Shown here one piece after another: positions 1 to 9,245 of a stretch of DNA of 64,000 nt. The stretch spans positions 3,712,001-3,776,000 of the forward strand of contig OY782041.1 in NCBI GenBank assembly GCA_963677595.1. The letters are read 5' to 3'. Origin of the DNA: Spirochaetia bacterium. Its GTDB lineage: Bacteria > Spirochaetota > Spirochaetia > CAKZLE01. The notes beneath the pieces are model-generated. The model saw only the letters and a list, made by a program, of their open reading frames with translations. It had not been told where the DNA came from and ran no database searches. Numbering within the stretch: position 1 is the stretch's first letter; each line of letters starts with the position of its first letter. A program made the translations under genes and the position numbers.

Positions 1-403
1 CAGGGGGGATTTCCCTGTCATGCTCAATACCGGCTTCACCGGTGAGGAATGGGAAGAAGTACACAGCTTCATTGATTACGAACCTTCCTGGCAGAACGCA
101 CGTGCTTCAATACAGGCAGTACCGGAGTCGTTCATCTATGCCACCGTGCGATCGGAGGCCGGGATCCTGGGCTATGGGGTCATCGACCGCTCTTCAGGGG
201 ACATACCGCAGATAGCGGTACGCCCTGATACGCGGGGCAGGGGGATCGGCACGGCCCTGCTGAGGGCGATGGTCCACACCACTGATGCGAAGCGGGTGAC
301 CTGCACGAACGTGGATTCCCGCTGTGCCTCACTGAAGGGCTTCCTCCATCACCACGGCTTCACGATCGATGTGAGGCAGTATGAGATGATGCGGAAGCTG
401 TGA
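1..403 (+). CDS. GNAT family N-acetyltransferase (5'-partial)
   Basis: Acetyl-CoA motif IAVRPDTRGRGIGTALL; frame stays open to the window edge, so the true start is probably upstream. Confidence 0.8.
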   Translation, partial: RGDFPVMLNTGFTGEEWEEVHSFIDYEPSWQNARASIQAVPESFIYATVRSEAGILGYGVIDRSSGDIPQIAVRPDTRGRGIGTALLRAMVHTTDAKRVTCTNVDSRCASLKGFLHHHGFTIDVRQYEMMRKL

Positions 404-408
404 ACCGG

Positions 409-930
409 TTATTGGATGAATGCGCCGATATCCTCACCGGTGTAGCTCTTGCCGTTGATGGTGCAGGAGGTGAACGTCACATCAAAAGAGGAGCTGTAGT
501 TATAGGCAAGATAGAAGTCGACCTCCCCGCCGAACGAGTCGCTGGTGATCAAGAAGTCAATCACTATCTCCGATACCCCGTCAGAGAAGGCAGCATCATT
601 CCATGCGGCAGTCCCGTTAAGGGTATAGGTAGTACCCTCGCTGTCATGATCATAGTCATTGAACGTGATGAGCATGTCCTTAACATCCGTCTCTGTTATG
701 ACATAGAACACGCCGGGGGTTATGGTGCCGGAAGATGTATAGTTTTCCCCCGAATGGAGAGCTGCAGATAGATAGGCATAGCCGGCAACTTCGGTACTGA
801 TCGATACAGCCCGTGCAAGCTCTTCAGCAGTAAGCTCATAGAAACATACCCCGAACAGACAGCATGAATTCATGCCCAAGACCACAAGGATGACTGCAAG
901 TATGCAGATGATAGTAAGAATTCTCTTCAT
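409..930 (-). CDS. Hypothetical lipoprotein/exported protein
   Basis: Basic N-terminus, hydrophobic stretch, then MNSC(C) lipobox-like site; GGGAGAGG SD-like sequence upstream. Confidence 0.65.
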   Translation of the reverse strand: MKRILTIICILAVILVVLGMNSCCLFGVCFYELTAEELARAVSISTEVAGYAYLSAALHSGENYTSSGTITPGVFYVITETDVKDMLITFNDYDHDSEGTTYTLNGTAAWNDAAFSDGVSEIVIDFLITSDSFGGEVDFYLAYNYSSSFDVTFTSCTINGKSYTGEDIGAFIQ

Positions 931-1228
931 ACGTTCCTCTCCCTTAAAAAGCCTATGTACGAAGAAGTAAAAGGAATGTGCTTAGCTATGTATGCATTAT
1001 AGCACAGGGAGATCGTGAAGCAAGGAAACGGAGTGGATTACAGAAGAGAAGATGGAGATTGAGGTATTGATTGAGGACTGCTTATAGACTGGCATGCAGC
1101 ATGCGGATTGTGTCCAGATTGAACAGGAACGCTCGTTTCACTAGAATGCAAACGTGAAGCGACCTATGTGAATGTGGCGTGAAGTGCTGCTTCAGGATCG
1201 TAAGAATTGTCGTTACCAGGGAGATGTC

Positions 1229-1483
1229 ATGGCATATGATGAGAAGAAGTGGAAGGAAGCGAAGAAGCTCTGCAGGCTCAACGAGGAAGATATCAGGATA
1301 GCGAAGGCGATGGGGCTGAACCCGAAGAGCCTGATCAAGAACATCCCGAACAGTTCCCAGAAGTGGAAAGCGCCAGTGAAAGACTGGCTCTGGTCGATGT
1401 GGGGGGATAGGCAGGAGAAGGCTGAGAAGAGGAAGAAAAAGAAGGCTGCCGCTGAGGCTGCTGGCGATGGAGTGCAATCATGA
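1229..1483 (+). CDS. Small basic hypothetical protein (84 aa)
   Basis: ATG at 1229 after AGGGAG; WKEAKKLCRL..MGLNPKSLIKNIP..WKAPVKDW reads like a conserved small protein family. Confidence 0.7.
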   Translation: MAYDEKKWKEAKKLCRLNEEDIRIAKAMGLNPKSLIKNIPNSSQKWKAPVKDWLWSMWGDRQEKAEKRKKKKAAAEAAGDGVQS

Positions 1484-2037
1484 GGATAGCAGAGTACAAG
1501 GATTATCGCAGACGGCTTGAGGCGCTCGATCCCGCAGAACTGGCCGAGGCTTTAGTCGATCTTGCAGAGACTTCGTCTTCAGCCCTGATGGTAGTGAAGC
1601 GACTTGTCTCTTCCCCTGACGATCATATCAATCAGTTCAGGGAGAACCTGGCCGAGGTGACAGAAGGAGCCGGGCGCGGGCGGTATGGCCTCTCGGGCGA
1701 GCAGATCCTGGAAATCCTCATTAGGTCGCTAGACCTCCTGGAACCGGGAAGTATGGATCCAAAGATCGGGCTGGAATTGACGGCAGCGTTCTTCGGAACT
1801 GACGGTACAGCATTCGAGTCAACGAATGAACTTGACTGGGAGTTCGAGTCCCTGTATACCTTTCAGGCATGTGATGTCTTCATTTCGTTCGCTCTTGCGT
1901 GTGACGATAAGGCTTTCGTCCTCCAGCTCCTCGAAGGACTGCTCAGTGATGACAATTACGGTGTTCGCAGCTGCCTGTTGAAAGCGGCACCTTCGTTCCT
2001 TCCGGAACCGGAACTCTCTACCTTGATGAACCGGTGA
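1480..2037 (+). CDS. Hypothetical acidic alpha-helical protein
   Basis: 185-aa ORF coupled to the previous gene by an ATGA overlap. Confidence 0.65.
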   Translation: MRIAEYKDYRRRLEALDPAELAEALVDLAETSSSALMVVKRLVSSPDDHINQFRENLAEVTEGAGRGRYGLSGEQILEILIRSLDLLEPGSMDPKIGLELTAAFFGTDGTAFESTNELDWEFESLYTFQACDVFISFALACDDKAFVLQLLEGLLSDDNYGVRSCLLKAAPSFLPEPELSTLMNR

Positions 2038-2051
2038 GGGAAGGGCTGACC

Positions 2052-2747
2052 TCAGGAGGAGTGGCAGCGCTCAAGCAGTGCTGCCATATAGATCCGTGCC
2101 TGGTCTGAATCCTGGGCGAGGATGGAATCGAGGATGCTCCGGTGAAAGGCGAAGAGCTGCCCGGTGAACTCCGTATCTGCGTAGGCCGTGCGGAGGGTCT
2201 CCTCAAACACCGGGCGCAGCGCGTTCATGAGGAGCGGGTACACGATATTCCCGGAAGCTTCAGCCAGGGCAAGGCGGAACCGGTGATCCACCTCTGCGAT
2301 GTCGCCCTTCCTGGAGGACCTGATGCGCTGTTCGCTCTGCAGGATCTCCTCGAGTTGTGAGAGGTGCTCGAGCGTCGCATGGACGGCTGCAAGGTATGCG
2401 ATCTCGCATTCGATGACCACCCGGACGTCATGGAAGCCCCCTAGGAGGTCGCCTGACGGCAGCCCGTCAGGCTGAAGATACCTGGAAACGAGGAGCTCTG
2501 CGGAAGCGGAGGAGCGGAAGTCCTTCACGAACACCCCATGGCGCGGGACGATCCTCACGAGCCCCTTCGATTCGAGCTTCACGAGGGATTCATGGACCAC
2601 AGGCCTGGATACCCCGGTCTTGGCGGCAAGTTCACGTTCTGTGGGCAGGCGTTCACCGGCCTCCAATTCGCCTGATACGATCAGTTTCTCGACATACTCG
2701 CTGAATGTCTCGGTAAGGCTCCTCGAACGCAGGCTGTTAAAATCCAT
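2052..2747 (-). CDS. FadR/GntR family transcriptional regulator
   Basis: GntR HTH LPTERELAAKTGVSRPVVHE plus FCD-like C-domain; ATG at 2747 preceded by GAGGAG. Confidence 0.92.
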   Translation of the reverse strand: MDFNSLRSRSLTETFSEYVEKLIVSGELEAGERLPTERELAAKTGVSRPVVHESLVKLESKGLVRIVPRHGVFVKDFRSSASAELLVSRYLQPDGLPSGDLLGGFHDVRVVIECEIAYLAAVHATLEHLSQLEEILQSEQRIRSSRKGDIAEVDHRFRLALAEASGNIVYPLLMNALRPVFEETLRTAYADTEFTGQLFAFHRSILDSILAQDSDQARIYMAALLERCHSS

Positions 2748-2762
2748 TGCTGTCTCCTCTAA

Positions 2763-2782
2763 GTGGTGGTCATACCAACCAC
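2763..2782. promoter_or_regulatory. FadR-type operator palindrome
   Basis: GTGG-TGGT-cat-ACCA-ACCAC matches the TxGT-N3-ACxA FadR-subfamily consensus; directly downstream of the regulator's -10 box. Confidence 0.7.
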
Positions 2783-2811
2783 AGTGTACTGAAGAGTCCA
2801 CAGCGTGTCAA
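2783..2811 (-). promoter_or_regulatory. Sigma70 promoter of the GntR gene
   Basis: TTGACA-17 nt-TACACT on the minus strand. Confidence 0.7.
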
Positions 2812-2852
2812 AGAAAACAGCATGCTAATTCTAAGAAAACGAGAGAGTTCTA

Positions 2853-2881
2853 TTGACGTTACTGCCTATTTCCGCTATAAA
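2853..2881 (+). promoter_or_regulatory. Sigma70 promoter of tRNA-Gly
   Basis: TTGACG-17 nt-TATAAA. Confidence 0.7.
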
Positions 2882-2909
2882 TACTCCTGTCGTCAAGGCA
2901 CAGAGACAA

Positions 2910-2981
2910 GCGTCCGTCGTATAATGGTTATTACCTCAGCCTTCCAAGCTGATGATGTCGGTTCGATTCCGATCGGACGCT
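2910..2981 (+). tRNA. tRNA-Gly(TCC)
   Basis: Acceptor stem GCGTCCG/CGGACGC, anticodon arm TCAGC-CT-TCC-AA-GCTGA, T-loop GGTTCGATT; CCA not encoded. Confidence 0.95.
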
Positions 2982-3067
2982 CTTTTTTATTCCTTTTCAT
3001 ATAATCAATTACAGCCATACTAACTCACATGTCACTCAAACTGGAGAGCTCTATGCTGCCCCATAAG

Positions 3068-3487
3068 TCAGAACACATCCTGTATCGGGAAGTCGGGGAA
3101 GAGCTTGAGGATGGCAGCGATCGTCGATAAGCTTGGGTTCGATCTCCTCTCATACCGCTGGTAGCCGTAGATTCGCTTCATTCTCAGTCTTGCTGCCGCC
3201 TCTTTCTGGGTGATGCCGTGCCTGGCACGGCAGGCTCGCAGGAGTACGCTGAAGGCGATCTCTGGTTCGACTCTCACCTCGAAGGTATCCCCTTCGACCT
3301 TTCCGGTGGATGGCAGGGGAAAGACCACACTGCTTCCTTCGGGTTCATCGAGATACAGGTTCAGGGCTTCCTCGCAATTGGCGTATAGCTCTTCAGTGGT
3401 ATCACCCTGGGTGAGGCAGCCGGCAAGGTCTACAGCCTCTGCCCAGTACCCGGTTCCCTCATGATGTAATGTGAATCTATAGTGCAT
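3068..3487 (-). CDS. hicB: HicB family antitoxin with C-terminal XRE HTH
   Basis: GYWAEAVDLAGCLTQGDTTEEL..CEEALNLYL HicB fold; TQKEAAARL..YQRYE..NPSL HTH. Confidence 0.85.
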   Translation of the reverse strand: MHYRFTLHHEGTGYWAEAVDLAGCLTQGDTTEELYANCEEALNLYLDEPEGSSVVFPLPSTGKVEGDTFEVRVEPEIAFSVLLRACRARHGITQKEAAARLRMKRIYGYQRYERRSNPSLSTIAAILKLFPDFPIQDVF

Positions 3488-3519
3488 GATTACGGCTTCC
3501 TCCAGCTTCTATCATCTAA

Positions 3520-3543
3520 AAATACCACATAAAAGTGGTATTT
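3520..3543. promoter_or_regulatory. Inverted repeat over the hicB promoter (probable autoregulatory operator)
   Basis: Perfect AAATACCAC-N6-GTGGTATTT spanning a TAGACA-18-TATTTT promoter on the minus strand. Confidence 0.65.
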
Positions 3544-3725
3544 GTCTATGGGGCGCGAAAATATAGAACCTGAGGTACCAACCCCAATTCCTGCAGGTAC
3601 GTGAGCCAAATCTATGTGAGGGAATAGGGGGAACAGGTACTTGAATAATTCTGACGCTTCTATGATACTGTGCTCTCAGTCAGAAGCGGGTTCTGATGTA
3701 TTCTTATGTGTGAGGAAGTGACTCT

Positions 3726-3956
3726 ATGGGTAAACGAGGAGAAGTCTTCTCTACGAAGCTGTCGAACGAAAAACGGACCTATTTCTTCAATGTGAAGGAG
3801 AATCGCTACGGCGACCTCTTCATCAATCTCGTCGAGAGCAAGAAGAACGCGACGGACGGGTTCGAGCGACAGTCGGTGATCATCTTCGAGGAGGACCTGA
3901 ACGATTTCGTGAAGGAGTTCCAGAAGGTCGTCGATTTCGTCAAGCAAAGATCCTGA
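3726..3956 (+). CDS. PUR-alpha family (DUF3276/BpuR-like) RNA/DNA-binding protein
   Basis: RTYFFNVKENRYGDLFINLVESK..FERQSVIIFEED single PUR repeat. Confidence 0.85.
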   Translation: MGKRGEVFSTKLSNEKRTYFFNVKENRYGDLFINLVESKKNATDGFERQSVIIFEEDLNDFVKEFQKVVDFVKQRS

Positions 3957-4506
3957 ACGATCGTCTATGGATAGGGGATATCCCATGTTCCGCGCATAAC
4001 TGTTTGTGACGCTTCGTGGGATACCCTTTATGCTTATCCAGTTCCCAGCGGTCATACCGCTTCGCAGCCTTCACCATCCAGGCATCACGCGCCTCCTTGG
4101 CTATGATCGATGCCGCCATGATCTCAGGTACAGCTGAATCCCCCTTGATCACCGCGATCGTCTCGATCGGGAGGTTCGGGAACTGGTTCCCATCGACGAG
4201 CGCCATAACAGGTGTGATCTCGGGAGCATGCAGGAGCATGTTCTCATATGCCCTCCGCATCGCAAGCAGGGAAGCCTGGAGGATGTTGATCGAATCGATC
4301 GTTCTCGGGGAAGCCCAGCCGATCCCGTAGCTGACAGCCCGCTCCCTGATGAGCAGGTCCAGCTCCGCACGTCGTTTCGCAGAGAGTCTCTTGGAATCAC
4401 GCAACCTGTCAACAGGGAAATCCTCAGGGAGGATGACCGCTGCCGCTGTCACGGGACCGGCGATCGGGCCCCTGCCGACTTCATCTAGACCACATATATA
4501 ATCCAT
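3940..4506 (-). CDS. rnhB: Ribonuclease HII
   Basis: GLDEVGRGPIAGPV, DSK, DGN, AASIIAK, HKGYPT, HRRSF motifs. Confidence 0.97.
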   Translation of the reverse strand: MDYICGLDEVGRGPIAGPVTAAAVILPEDFPVDRLRDSKRLSAKRRAELDLLIRERAVSYGIGWASPRTIDSINILQASLLAMRRAYENMLLHAPEITPVMALVDGNQFPNLPIETIAVIKGDSAVPEIMAASIIAKEARDAWMVKAAKRYDRWELDKHKGYPTKRHKQLCAEHGISPIHRRSFRIFA

Positions 4507-4606
4507 GCCTGACAGCGTAGAACAATCCGGTGGATCTGTAAACCTTCTGTCCGCACAGTGAGAAAACTATTGAATCTTACGCCATTAAAGCGCTATATTG
4601 GTAGGC

Positions 4607-6778
4607 ATGAAAAAGAGACGATTAGTAACTTCAGCGCTTCCGTATGTGAATAATATCCCGCACCTGGGTAACCTCATCCAGGTCCTCTCCGCAGACGTCT
4701 TCGCACGATTCTGCCGTGAACGGGGGTATGAGACCCTCTATGTCTGCGGGACTGACGAGTACGGGACGGCGACCGAGACCCGGGCACTCCAGGAGAACGT
4801 CTCTCCTCGGGAACTGTGCGACCGGTACCATGTGATCCACCGCGATATCTACGAATGGTTCAATATCGCATTCGATAAGTTCGGCAGGACCTCCGATCCC
4901 AAGCAGACCGAGATCGTGCAGGCGATCTTCAAGGAGGTCGATGAGGCCGGCTATATCAGGGAAGATGAGATCGAGCAGCTCTACTGCAGCCACTGTGACC
5001 GCTTCCTCGCTGACCGGTATGTCCACGGTACCTGTCCCCACTGCGGGTACGAGGATGCCAGGGGTGACCAGTGCGAGAACTGCGGCAAGCTCCTCGACCC
5101 GACCGAGCTCGTCAAACCAGCCTGCGGCGTCTGCGGGAACACCCCGGCAGCCCGCAGTACGAAGCACCTCTACCTCAACCTGCCGGCGATCCTGCCCAAG
5201 CTCGAGGCATGGATGGAGGAGGCCTCCGAGAAGGGGTTCTGGGCGCGCAATGCCGTCCAGATGACGAAGAGCTGGATCCGTGACGGACTCAAGGAACGGT
5301 GCATCACACGTGATCTCAAGTGGGGGATCCCGGTACCGAAAGAGGGGTATGAGGACAAGGTCTTCTATGTCTGGTTCGACGCCCCCATCGGCTATATATC
5401 GATCACGGCTACCCACACGGACGAGTGGGAGTACTGGTGGAAGCGGCCTGAGGAGGTCGAACTCTTCCAGTTCATCGGGAAGGACAATATCCCGTTCCAC
5501 ACGGTCATCTTCCCCTCGACACAGCTGGCGACCAAGGATGACTGGACCATGCTCCACCACATGTCCTCGAGCGAGTACCTCAACTATGAGTCAGGGAAGT
5601 TCTCGAAGAGCAAGGGCCTCGGTGTCTTCGGTACCGATGCCAAGGATACCGGCATCCCTGCTGATGTCTGGAGATTCTACATCTTCTACAACCGGCCTGA
5701 GAAATCTGACACCTCCTTCATCTGGAAGGACTTCCAGGAGAAGGTCAACGGGGAGCTCATCGGCAACCTTGCAAACCTCGTGAACAGGACCCTCTCGTTC
5801 CTGAACAGGTTCTATGACGGCAAGGTCCCCTCAGGTGCTGTGGATGAGCAGATGCGCTCCGAGATCATCAGGCGGGAAGAGAGCATCACCGGGCACCTCG
5901 AACGGGCAGAACTCCGTGACGCACTGCGTGAGATCTTTGCGCTCTCCTCCTACGGGAACAAGGCGTTCCAGGAGGGAGAGCCCTGGGCGAAGCGCAAGAG
6001 CGATCCTGCAGCCGCAGAGAGCCTCCTCGGGCAGCTTGCCTACCTGATCAGGGACCTGGGTGTGCTCATCGAACCCTATATGCCGGAGACGAGCGACAGG
6101 ATCCTCTCCTTCCTCGATGCGAGGGAGAGCAGCTGGGATGACCTGCAGCGGTATGAGGGGCTTTCCACCCTCAAGGACCCGGAGATCCTCTTCGAGAAAC
6201 TCGAGGATGAGAGGATCGAGGAGCTGCGTACTCGGTATGCAGGAACCCAGGATGAACGAAAGAAACAGGAAGAAGACAGTATGGAAAAACAATTCAATGA
6301 GACCGTTGACCTCAGGGTAGCGAAGATCACCTCGATCGAACGGCACCCGGAAGCAGATAAACTCTATATCGAGCAGCTCGACCTCGGAGATGGCGAGGAG
6401 CGGCAGATCGTGTCCGGGCTCGTCCCCTTCTATACGGAGGAGGAGCTCGTCGGGCAGAACATCATCGTTGTCTACAACCTCAAGCCGGCAAAGCTCCGGG
6501 GGGTCAAGAGTCAGGGGATGCTCCTTGCCGCAAGTGCGAAGGACGATGAGGGGAACGAGGCTGTCGAAGTCCTGTTCGCCCCCTGGGCTCAGCCTGGTGA
6601 CAGGGTCACCGTTGCAGGACTCGAGCAGGTAGAGGAGAAGAAGCGGATCAAGATCGATACCTTCTTCGAGGTTCCTCTCAAAGCTGCCGACCATGCGGTA
6701 CTCGTGGGTGATTCGGCCCTTGAGGCTTCGGGTCAGCCGCTGAAGACCTCAAAGATCAGCAACGGCGAGATCGGGTAG
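4607..6778 (+). CDS. metG: Methionine--tRNA ligase (four CxxC, C-terminal tRNA-binding domain)
   Basis: PYVNNIPHLGN (HIGH), YVWFDAPIGY, KFSKS, OB-fold tail. Confidence 0.98.
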   Translation: MKKRRLVTSALPYVNNIPHLGNLIQVLSADVFARFCRERGYETLYVCGTDEYGTATETRALQENVSPRELCDRYHVIHRDIYEWFNIAFDKFGRTSDPKQTEIVQAIFKEVDEAGYIREDEIEQLYCSHCDRFLADRYVHGTCPHCGYEDARGDQCENCGKLLDPTELVKPACGVCGNTPAARSTKHLYLNLPAILPKLEAWMEEASEKGFWARNAVQMTKSWIRDGLKERCITRDLKWGIPVPKEGYEDKVFYVWFDAPIGYISITATHTDEWEYWWKRPEEVELFQFIGKDNIPFHTVIFPSTQLATKDDWTMLHHMSSSEYLNYESGKFSKSKGLGVFGTDAKDTGIPADVWRFYIFYNRPEKSDTSFIWKDFQEKVNGELIGNLANLVNRTLSFLNRFYDGKVPSGAVDEQMRSEIIRREESITGHLERAELRDALREIFALSSYGNKAFQEGEPWAKRKSDPAAAESLLGQLAYLIRDLGVLIEPYMPETSDRILSFLDARESSWDDLQRYEGLSTLKDPEILFEKLEDERIEELRTRYAGTQDERKKQEEDSMEKQFNETVDLRVAKITSIERHPEADKLYIEQLDLGDGEERQIVSGLVPFYTEEELVGQNIIVVYNLKPAKLRGVKSQGMLLAASAKDDEGNEAVEVLFAPWAQPGDRVTVAGLEQVEEKKRIKIDTFFEVPLKAADHAVLVGDSALEASGQPLKTSKISNGEIG

Positions 6779-6787
6779 TCCCTGCGC

Positions 6788-7783
6788 GTGAAGATCGAAC
6801 TCACGCAGATACCGGTGGAGGGGCTGTCATCTCCTGACAACCCATTCCAGACTGCCTTCTGGGCAGCCGTAAAGAGACTCAATGGCTGGGATGCCCTGGC
6901 GTTCTCCTGTGAGATCGGCTCTGAGCAGTCCCAGCTGCTCGTACTCACCAGGAAGATATTCCTCGATCTCAGTATCGCCTATATTCCCTATGGGCCGCAG
7001 TGCAGTGCTGACACTGCCGTCTTGAAACAGCTCTCTGATACACTGAAGCCCATGCTCCCGCGGGGCTGCTTCGTCATCCGCTACGATGTCCCCTGGGAAG
7101 GGGAGCTTGCCGGTCGGCTGCCGGCAGGGGTGCGGAAGAACCCATACCCCATACAGCCGGAGGGGACGGTAATCGTGTCGCTTGAGGTCGGGCCCGATGC
7201 GGTCTTCAGCCGGATGCGCACCCGTGCGAGGCGCAATGTGCGGCGTGCCCAGGGGGAGATCACCATCACCAGCTGGGAAGGTGACCCAGGCCAGTTCCAT
7301 GCCTGGTACGAGACCTATACCTATACCTCCCTCCGTGATTCCTTCATCCCCCGTACCGAGGAGTATATGCACCATGTGCTCGATACCGGACGGGATGGGG
7401 CCCTCGGTGTGGAGGCGAGACTCTATCTGGCATGGGTCGGCGATTCGATCATCGGGGGGAACATCGTGCTGTTCACGAAGCAGAAGGCCCTCTATCTCTT
7501 CGGTTCATCACGTCATGAGTACACCGGGGCTTCTCCCTCCTATGCCCTGCAGTGGCATACCATCGAGGAGGCTGCTAAGCGGGGCTGCCGGGAATACGAC
7601 CTCTACGGGATCGCGCCAGATGATGAGGAAGACCACCATCTCCATTCACTCACGCTCTTCAAGACAGGCTTCGGGGGGCATAAGGTGTTCCGGGCGGGTT
7701 GTTTCGATGTCGTGTGCAGGCCGTTAGTCTACCATGGCTACCGGCTCGCGGAACTGGTTCACCTCTCAAGCGCACGCGGCTGA
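6788..7783 (+). CDS. femX: FemABX family peptidoglycan aminoacyl transferase
   Basis: FQTAFWAAVK, YIPYGP, YLFGSS, LQW, YDLYGI, FKTGFGG motifs. Confidence 0.85.
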   Translation: MKIELTQIPVEGLSSPDNPFQTAFWAAVKRLNGWDALAFSCEIGSEQSQLLVLTRKIFLDLSIAYIPYGPQCSADTAVLKQLSDTLKPMLPRGCFVIRYDVPWEGELAGRLPAGVRKNPYPIQPEGTVIVSLEVGPDAVFSRMRTRARRNVRRAQGEITITSWEGDPGQFHAWYETYTYTSLRDSFIPRTEEYMHHVLDTGRDGALGVEARLYLAWVGDSIIGGNIVLFTKQKALYLFGSSRHEYTGASPSYALQWHTIEEAAKRGCREYDLYGIAPDDEEDHHLHSLTLFKTGFGGHKVFRAGCFDVVCRPLVYHGYRLAELVHLSSARG

Positions 7784-9105
7784 TCACAGAAGCAAAGGAC
7801 AGCTTCCCTGAATCTGTCGCCGCGGTCGAACTCATGGAGGAAGAGACCGAAGGAGGCAGCCCCAGGGGAGAGCAGCACGGTCTCATCCGCCGCAGCCAGG
7901 CTCCCGGCTGATCGTACCGCTGCATCCATGCTCGTGAACGGCCCGTGATAGGGGATGGCAGCAGCCTCGAGGATCGGGATGAGTAGTTCAGTGAAGCTCC
8001 CGGCAAGCAGGTGGACAGAACTGCAACACCTGAGATACCCTGCAAGGACCGCAGGCTCGAGTTCCTTATCCGTGCCGCCGGTTATAAGGTGGACATGCCC
8101 CTCCAACTGCCCCAGGGAGAACCCCACTGCCTCGGGGATCGTCGCCGCTGAGTCATTCATCCAGGTGATCCCATCCTTTCTCAGGACCACCTCCCGACGG
8201 TGGGCGAGACCCTGGAACCGGCTGAGGCTGATGAGGATCCTCTCCAGGGAGATACCGGCGGCAATGCCGTAAGTGATCGCAGGGAGGTATGCATGGTCGA
8301 ACTGGTAGAGATACTGGGCATCCACCTTCCCCTCGCGGTAGACCGTTATACTCCTGTCCTTCAGGAGGACCCCTGAAGCTCCTTCGGGCAGGTCCTCCTT
8401 GCGGGAGTAGTACCACTTCTCATGGCTGTTGAGATACTGGTCTGCCAGGAGGTCATCAACCGGGAGGATGACATGGTCTGCGAGGGAGGAGCCGGTGAAG
8501 ATCCTGAACTTGTCCTGGATGTAGTCCTCGAAGGAGTCATACCGGTTGAGATGGTCATGGTACAGCGGCGTGATGATGATATCCTGAAAGCCCCTGAAGG
8601 GGTGTTCGGCAAGGTCATGGATCTGCCAGGAGGAGAGTTCGAGTACCGAACAGTCATAGGAGGCTATTGAGTCCAGGAAGCCGAACGGGGAGGAGCCCAG
8701 GTTGCCGCCGGCAGCTACCCTGCGGCCTGTGCCGCCGAGCAGGTGTGAGACCAGGGCTGTGGTCGTCGACTTGCCTTTCGTGCCGGTGACGGCAATGACC
8801 GGGAGGGAGCTGTTGGCCATGAAGAACCCGATGTCGTTGATGACGTTATGGGCATCTGCGAGCAGGGGATGGCCTGCCGGGACGGCAGGGTTCTTGATGA
8901 TGAGGTCAGCCCAGGTTATGTCTTCTGGAAGATGGCGGCCGAGGGTGTAGGTGACAGTATACCCTTCGATCAGCCTGAGCGAGTCGGTAAGCTGATCGGG
9001 TCCTTTGAGGTCCGTGACGCGGACCTCATGACCATGTGAGGCAAAATAGACGGCTGCAGCTGCCCCGCCGCCGTGGAGTCCCAGGCCGAATATGAGTACA
9101 TGCAT
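7759..9105 (-). CDS. murD: UDP-N-acetylmuramoyl-L-alanine--D-glutamate ligase
   Basis: GLGLHGGG, AVTGTKGKSTT, GGNLG, LELSSWQ, DHLNRY, NDSAAT, LLSPGAASF. Confidence 0.93.
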   Translation of the reverse strand: MHVLIFGLGLHGGGAAAAVYFASHGHEVRVTDLKGPDQLTDSLRLIEGYTVTYTLGRHLPEDITWADLIIKNPAVPAGHPLLADAHNVINDIGFFMANSSLPVIAVTGTKGKSTTTALVSHLLGGTGRRVAAGGNLGSSPFGFLDSIASYDCSVLELSSWQIHDLAEHPFRGFQDIIITPLYHDHLNRYDSFEDYIQDKFRIFTGSSLADHVILPVDDLLADQYLNSHEKWYYSRKEDLPEGASGVLLKDRSITVYREGKVDAQYLYQFDHAYLPAITYGIAAGISLERILISLSRFQGLAHRREVVLRKDGITWMNDSAATIPEAVGFSLGQLEGHVHLITGGTDKELEPAVLAGYLRCCSSVHLLAGSFTELLIPILEAAAIPYHGPFTSMDAAVRSAGSLAAADETVLLSPGAASFGLFLHEFDRGDRFREAVLCFCDQPRALER

Positions 9106-9180
9106 GAAGGAGGTCTCCCCCTGTCTAAGATACCTGCAGTATAACTTCTAGAATCTCAAACATCAATGCATTCATACCCC

Positions 9181-9209
9181 TTGACGAGAACGGAGGATAT
9201 CTGCATAAT
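9181..9209 (+). promoter_or_regulatory. Sigma70 promoter of the bS22-like gene
   Basis: TTGACG-17 nt-CATAAT. Confidence 0.65.
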
Positions 9210-9245
9210 GTGTCCTACGTAATATTACAGTAAAGGAGCAGAACT

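Noticed and set aside
400-771. Plus-strand 123-aa ORF
   Set aside because: Lies wholly antisense to the better-supported lipoprotein gene with signal peptide and SD
931-1228. Intergenic region with three CGTGAAG copies and a small hairpin, considered as attC, riboswitch or CRISPR remnant
   Set aside because: No RYYYAAC/GTTRRRY pair, irregular spacing, and repeats too short to be significant
2982-3720. Possible prophage or integrative element at tRNA-Gly
   Set aside because: No integrase and no duplicated tRNA 3' end visible; only the orphan hicB remains
4631-6694. Long antisense ORFs (309 and 287 aa over metG; also 356 aa over rpsB/tsf, 306 aa over ileS, 267 and 247 aa over smc, 261 aa over ffh, 256 aa over pcnB)
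   Set aside because: Shadows of GC3-biased sense genes; no SD, no motifs, and typical antisense composition
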